Part shown: piece after piece, positions 62,501-64,000 of the stretch
Numbering within the stretch: the stretch's first letter is position 1
Layout: every line of letters begins with the position of its first letter
NCBI GenBank assembly: GCA_965198115.1
Contig: OZ240241.1
Span: 8,256,001 to 8,320,000 of the forward strand
DNA length: 64,000 nt
Direction: 5' to 3'
DNA from: Candidatus Latescibacterota bacterium
GTDB lineage: Bacteria; Latescibacterota; UBA2968
Notes under the pieces: model-generated
What the model saw: only the letters and a program-made list of their open reading frames with translations
Told to the model about the DNA's origin: nothing
Database searches by the model: none
Position numbers and translations under genes: made by a program

Positions 62501-64000
62501 TCAGAAATCGATGACGACGCCCGAGCTGATCAGACGGCCGATCTCCGGCGCCCCGATGAACTCCTGATGCTTGTTGTCGAGGAGATTGGAGGCGGTGACG
62601 GTCAGGGTTGCGCCGAAACGAGGGTCCGTGATGGGTAGTTTGTACTGCACGGTCGCGTCGACACTCGTAGAGGACTCGACGGTTCCGACATACACGCCGG
62701 AGTCCATGGGGAACCCGTCGCGATATCGAAGATGTCCGGTGAAGGAGAAGCCAGAACGCGGATGGTCATACCCGATCCCGATGTTGAATTTGTTCTTTGG
62801 GGCGTTGAGGGCGATATCGGCGATGTTGTCGAGATTCTCGAAGAGGTCGTCGTTCACGTAGGAGTAGTTCCCTTCGACTCTCCAGCCGTTTGATGCGTAA
62901 TAGGCGAAGGCGGCATCGAGGCCCCAGTGAGTGGTCCGGCCGAAGTTTCGATACGTGACCGTGATGGCCGACGGATCTTCGGCCTGTTCCGGCGTGACCG
63001 TTCCGAATGGTATGGCTGCCGCCTGGCTGACGAAGGTCGTCACGAGCTCGCCTACGATGGAGCCGTCGCCATTGCCGCCGAATTCCGGAGCATCGAGCGG
63101 GGCCAATGCCTGCGCGAGCTGTGCGTTGGCAGGGTCGGCGAGGGCGGTCGCGAAAGCTGTTCCGAGAGAAGTTTGGAGGGGTCCCGGATCGAGGAATACG
63201 TTCGGGGTCTCGATGCGGAGCGGCCCCACGAAGTCGGTGGTTTTCGTTCGATAGACGTCGAGGCTGAGAATCAGGTTGTTGTTCACCACGCCCTTATAGC
63301 CAAGTTCGAAGGTTTCGGTAATCGCCGGGTCAATACTGGTGATGTCGGTGACGGCGTTTCCGGTGATCGGGATGGCATCGAATGCTTCAGTCTCGGAATT
63401 CAGGACACGAAGGCTGTTTTGAATTCCCGCAATCTGTGTTGGCACGATCGACGCGAAGGCGGCCAGAATCCCGTCGGCCTGCGCGGTTGCAAGATCCTGC
63501 GGCAGGCCCTGTTGCAGCAAGCCTCCGATCAGTACAGGACGGAACTGCCCGGAGAACCCGGCAAGAACCGCCCCCCGCGCTACTCCCCATTCGAAGTTCG
63601 TGAAGACGGGGTCGTGCAGCTGGATGGGACCGCCGACAGGGATGCTACTCGCGGACGCAGCCAGCTCGTAGGGTGACCTGTAGGTCGGCAACCCGGTGGC
63701 GTCCCGGTTGAACGTGAATCCGTCCAGCAGCCCGAGGACACGGATATCGATAGCCGGACTGTAGCCGAGCGTAGGCTCGAACCGTGCCCCGATACCGCCT
63801 ACATCGATGCGGTTCCTGACGTCGAGGAACAGGTTGTTGCTCGTGGGCGTGCTGAAGGCCCTGTTGTAGGTGGCCCGGAACGTCTGGTCTTCCTGTGGCT
63901 TGAGCACGACGGCCGCACGTGGTGAGAAGACCCCGTCTTTAACGTGATTGTGGTCATCGTAGCGGCCCGCCAGTACGAGGTCGACGACCTCGTTGATGGC
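62501..64000 (-). CDS. TonB-dependent receptor, C-terminal part (5' end beyond the window)
   Basis: FSPRAAVV, TFRATYNRAF, FELGYKG and SNLLDN motifs; terminal Phe. Confidence 0.88.
   Translation of the reverse strand, partial: AINEVVDLVLAGRYDDHNHVKDGVFSPRAAVVLKPQEDQTFRATYNRAFSTPTSNNLFLDVRNRIDVGGIGARFEPTLGYSPAIDIRVLGLLDGFTFNRDATGLPTYRSPYELAASASSIPVGGPIQLHDPVFTNFEWGVARGAVLAGFSGQFRPVLIGGLLQQGLPQDLATAQADGILAAFASIVPTQIAGIQNSLRVLNSETEAFDAIPITGNAVTDITSIDPAITETFELGYKGVVNNNLILSLDVYRTKTTDFVGPLRIETPNVFLDPGPLQTSLGTAFATALADPANAQLAQALAPLDAPEFGGNGDGSIVGELVTTFVSQAAAIPFGTVTPEQAEDPSAITVTYRNFGRTTHWGLDAAFAYYASNGWRVEGNYSYVNDDLFENLDNIADIALNAPKNKFNIGIGYDHPRSGFSFTGHLRYRDGFPMDSGVYVGTVESSTSVDATVQYKLPITDPRFGATLTVTASNLLDNKHQEFIGAPEIGRLISSGVVIDF

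Overview
GC-rich bacterial chromosomal window from a diderm (TonB-dependent receptor, two LolC/E-type permeases, AsmA). The gene content resembles Latescibacterota/Poribacteria-like heterotrophs, which is an inference only. From left to right it holds: a damaged carbamoyltransferase/asnB locus; rsgA and mscS; a translationally coupled envelope and glycosylation operon of about 13.6 kb; a minus-strand run of aroC, acyl-CoA ligase, O-antigen-ligase/TPR and mutY; a catabolic run (creatininase-like, SelA/DgaE-like, enolase-like, M20, two 2-hydroxyacid dehydrogenases, SGNH); a radical SAM gene, an ECF-DUF1080 sigma factor and sulfatases. There are five IS copies (2x ISL3, 1x IS630, 2x IS256), and I resolved their ends and target duplications by eye. 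About ten genes carry small frameshifts, so part of the damage may be long-read error. The most unusual signals are: (i) short intergenic repeats in which a ~25-nt CCCTTCGAC..CTCAGG motif sits nested inside other repeats, always on the + strand; (ii) two in-frame TGA codons in a near-identical 16-nt context within one repeat protein; (iii) a glycosyltransferase remnant with an internally inverted piece; (iv) RBS-sequestering hairpins in all four distinct IS elements. I saw no CRISPR array, rRNA or tRNA.
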